A stretch of DNA of 64,000 bases from assembly GCA_040285745.1 (NCBI GenBank), contig JAUFOR010000004.1, forward strand, positions 620,001 through 684,000, in the 5' to 3' direction. This stretch comes from Barthelona sp. PCE (taxonomy: Eukaryota). The position numbers were made by a program, and so were the translations under genes. Shown piece by piece: positions 62,046 to 64,000 of this stretch. The notes under the pieces were generated by a model, which made no database searches, was not told where the DNA came from, and saw only the letters and a program-made list of their open reading frames with translations. Numbering within the stretch: position 1 is the first letter of the stretch; every line of letters begins with the position of its first letter.

Positions 62046-63992
62046 TCATTGTGCCCGTGATAGGACAACATTACATTCACTATAAACAAAAAGAGAGAAA
62101 AACTCATCGGTGGTCTGCTCTGAACATTCAGGACAAACAGTAATTCGTTGAACACAAGCAGGTAATACAAGTTTTGCTAGATAAAGCAATCCATTAAAGT
62201 GTTTACCCATATGAATAGCGCCAACAATCCTGTTGGCGATAATAGCAGCACTAGACGTCGTATCATATACGTGGATCGTACTGTAACAATCGTTTTTGGT
62301 TTCAAGAGATCGCATATGTCGATTGAGTAATAACCAAACAGCACGTTCACCATTGCGTTGAGGAAGAGTCACAGTGAACTGTGGATACGTGTTCAAACGT
62401 GAATCTGGGCGATTGGCATTAGGAACTTTAAAATGGATTTCATTAAAGAAGGGAAAAAGGTTCGGCAACCATGAAAAAGTTAAAACATCAAAAAATTGAT
62501 AGAATTCATCTATGGTGACAAAAAATATACCATTTTTAAACGTTTGAAGCCAAGATTCATAACCTACCTTGCGTTTCAACTCAGGTGTCCAAGCAGAGCT
62601 CCCTGGAGCATACGCGCCCATATAACTTTGACGCAACCAGGGGTTCTTCAGCTTGAGAAGCTGCACAGTACCATGTTCTACATAATCGAGAATAGCGTAT
62701 GCATGAGAAGGTGCTAGACCGTCCACGTCTGCAGTGGGACGTGAACCACCTGATACGTAAGCCTTTTGGGTGAGCATACCGTCCACGATACGCTTGAAAG
62801 TTGCGCTCTTTGATGAGTCATCAATACGCACCTCTTCTGGAATAAACCTACTCAAACAAAACATATCAAGTGCAACAGTTGAGCCTGGGAAGTCGTAAGA
62901 GCGACCCATGAGCTTAATAAAGGCCTTCTCAAGAATAGAAACCCAGAGCTCGCCGTCAACAACGGAATGAGCACTTGCATGTTCCAGCTGACCAAACGCA
63001 CCTTGCCTCATGGGCAAGAAGCTGTCAACCTCGACCTTTCGCCAACATCCGTTGAAGAATAGCTTGACTGAGTACTTACTGGAGAGCACAGATCGTTTTG
63101 AATCAGTTTTGGGGAATATCTTCCCTGAGATGATGGGCAGATGTGTCTTACGCTCGCATTGGACGCCTAGAGTCATTGCTGTGATGAACGAACAATTGGG
63201 AACAAGATGCTGCCGAGGTGTTTGAACTGAGAGACTGGAAATCATGTGAGCGTTTGGTAAATCGTTTGCATTAACCCAAACAACGTTTGAGTTGCGCTGA
63301 CTGCTGCTAAGGGCGAAAGAGGATTCCTTGAAGCGGGTCATTGTGATTCGTTCGTCTGCTTCGTTAAAAGGTACATATTGTATACCACCTACTGTAGAAG
63401 AATCCAGTAAAACACGTAGCTCTGAGTCAGAAAGAGGCTTCACGGGCAATTCCTTAAAGTTGATCTTCTTCTTGAGCTCTTCAGCACGTTCAAGGATAGA
63501 AGCCATCCGCTTCTTCCTATTCTCAATATCATTCCTCAAACAAACCTCATCAGGTGCATTTGGGTGGTAAGCAGTCATCACCTGGTGCAATATATTACGC
63601 AAATGATTTGTATGAGAAAGGCCAACCTCCAAACAAAACATATAGAGTTGATATGCGTCCTCTGAAGATCTTTTCTCGTCAAAACTGATTGCTAACCCAA
63701 ACAACTCGTTAAACTGTGCATCTGAGAGTTCATGGCCAACATGAGCAAACCAATTCTCTGAAGTAACAACTGATCCCGAAAGAGTAGATGATTCAAGTAT
63801 CCGAATAAGTTCAAACGCGTGCCTTTGAAACGCTCCCTTTGTGTGGGGGTATAACTTGCCATCAATAAGAAAAGTAAAAGCCAAAATAATTTCTAGAGCG
63901 TCATTGAACATCAACCGAGCACTTTCTTGTTGAGTTTCGCGAAAACTATACGCATCACTCAGCATTGATAAAGCTGATTTCAAAGAAGTCAT
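62046..63992 (-). CDS. CAPN7: Calpain-7/PalB-like cysteine protease
   Basis: Catalytic QHLVPNCSF, SHAYA, KNPW; LFFNGCWRKVEVD, ELWVSILEKA, YDFPGS; domain III. It may extend beyond the window end. Confidence 0.9.
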   Translation of the reverse strand: MTSLKSALSMLSDAYSFRETQQESARLMFNDALEIILAFTFLIDGKLYPHTKGAFQRHAFELIRILESSTLSGSVVTSENWFAHVGHELSDAQFNELFGLAISFDEKRSSEDAYQLYMFCLEVGLSHTNHLRNILHQVMTAYHPNAPDEVCLRNDIENRKKRMASILERAEELKKKINFKELPVKPLSDSELRVLLDSSTVGGIQYVPFNEADERITMTRFKESSFALSSSQRNSNVVWVNANDLPNAHMISSLSVQTPRQHLVPNCSFITAMTLGVQCERKTHLPIISGKIFPKTDSKRSVLSSKYSVKLFFNGCWRKVEVDSFLPMRQGAFGQLEHASAHSVVDGELWVSILEKAFIKLMGRSYDFPGSTVALDMFCLSRFIPEEVRIDDSSKSATFKRIVDGMLTQKAYVSGGSRPTADVDGLAPSHAYAILDYVEHGTVQLLKLKNPWLRQSYMGAYAPGSSAWTPELKRKVGYESWLQTFKNGIFFVTIDEFYQFFDVLTFSWLPNLFPFFNEIHFKVPNANRPDSRLNTYPQFTVTLPQRNGERAVWLLLNRHMRSLETKNDCYSTIHVYDTTSSAAIIANRIVGAIHMGKHFNGLLYLAKLVLPACVQRITVCPECSEQTTDEFFSLFVYSECNVVLSRAQ

Positions 63993-64000
63993 TGGTATAA

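Overview
A gene-dense eukaryotic window (standard code, very short intergenic gaps) from a flagellated, probably anaerobic protist. A metamonad-like lineage is inferred from CFAP52 and RSP4/6, bacterial-type HCP and Fe-SOD, and sparse tiny introns. It holds about 33 protein genes, mostly recognisable housekeeping families (RFC1, PIG-M, DBR1, PRP6, TOP1, eIF4E, USP, OCRL, 6PGD, TAF6, FPGS, ENY2, P4-ATPase, TBCB, UVRAG-like, calpain-7). I reconstructed five spliceosomal introns by hand. Highlights: (1) Two sequence-unrelated ~230-bp non-coding foldback elements share one architecture: GG start, 26-30-nt unpaired tail, long imperfect asymmetric inverted arms, T/A apex, no target-site duplication. 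One is nested in the apex of the other at 4383-4840, and dispersed near-identical copies lie at 22595-22820 and 38540-38694. (2) All five introns have a branch point fixed 8 nt from the 3' end (CTNAY-NNNT-AG), and the one long intron folds back to an effective length of ~42 nt. (3) A ~3165-aa surface protein fuses a subtilisin protease, EGF repeats and a polycystin-1-like REJ/GAIN-GPS module to a single TM helix. (4) Bacterial-type Fe-SOD and HCP form a divergent pair. All calls come from motif recognition by eye; no database search was run.
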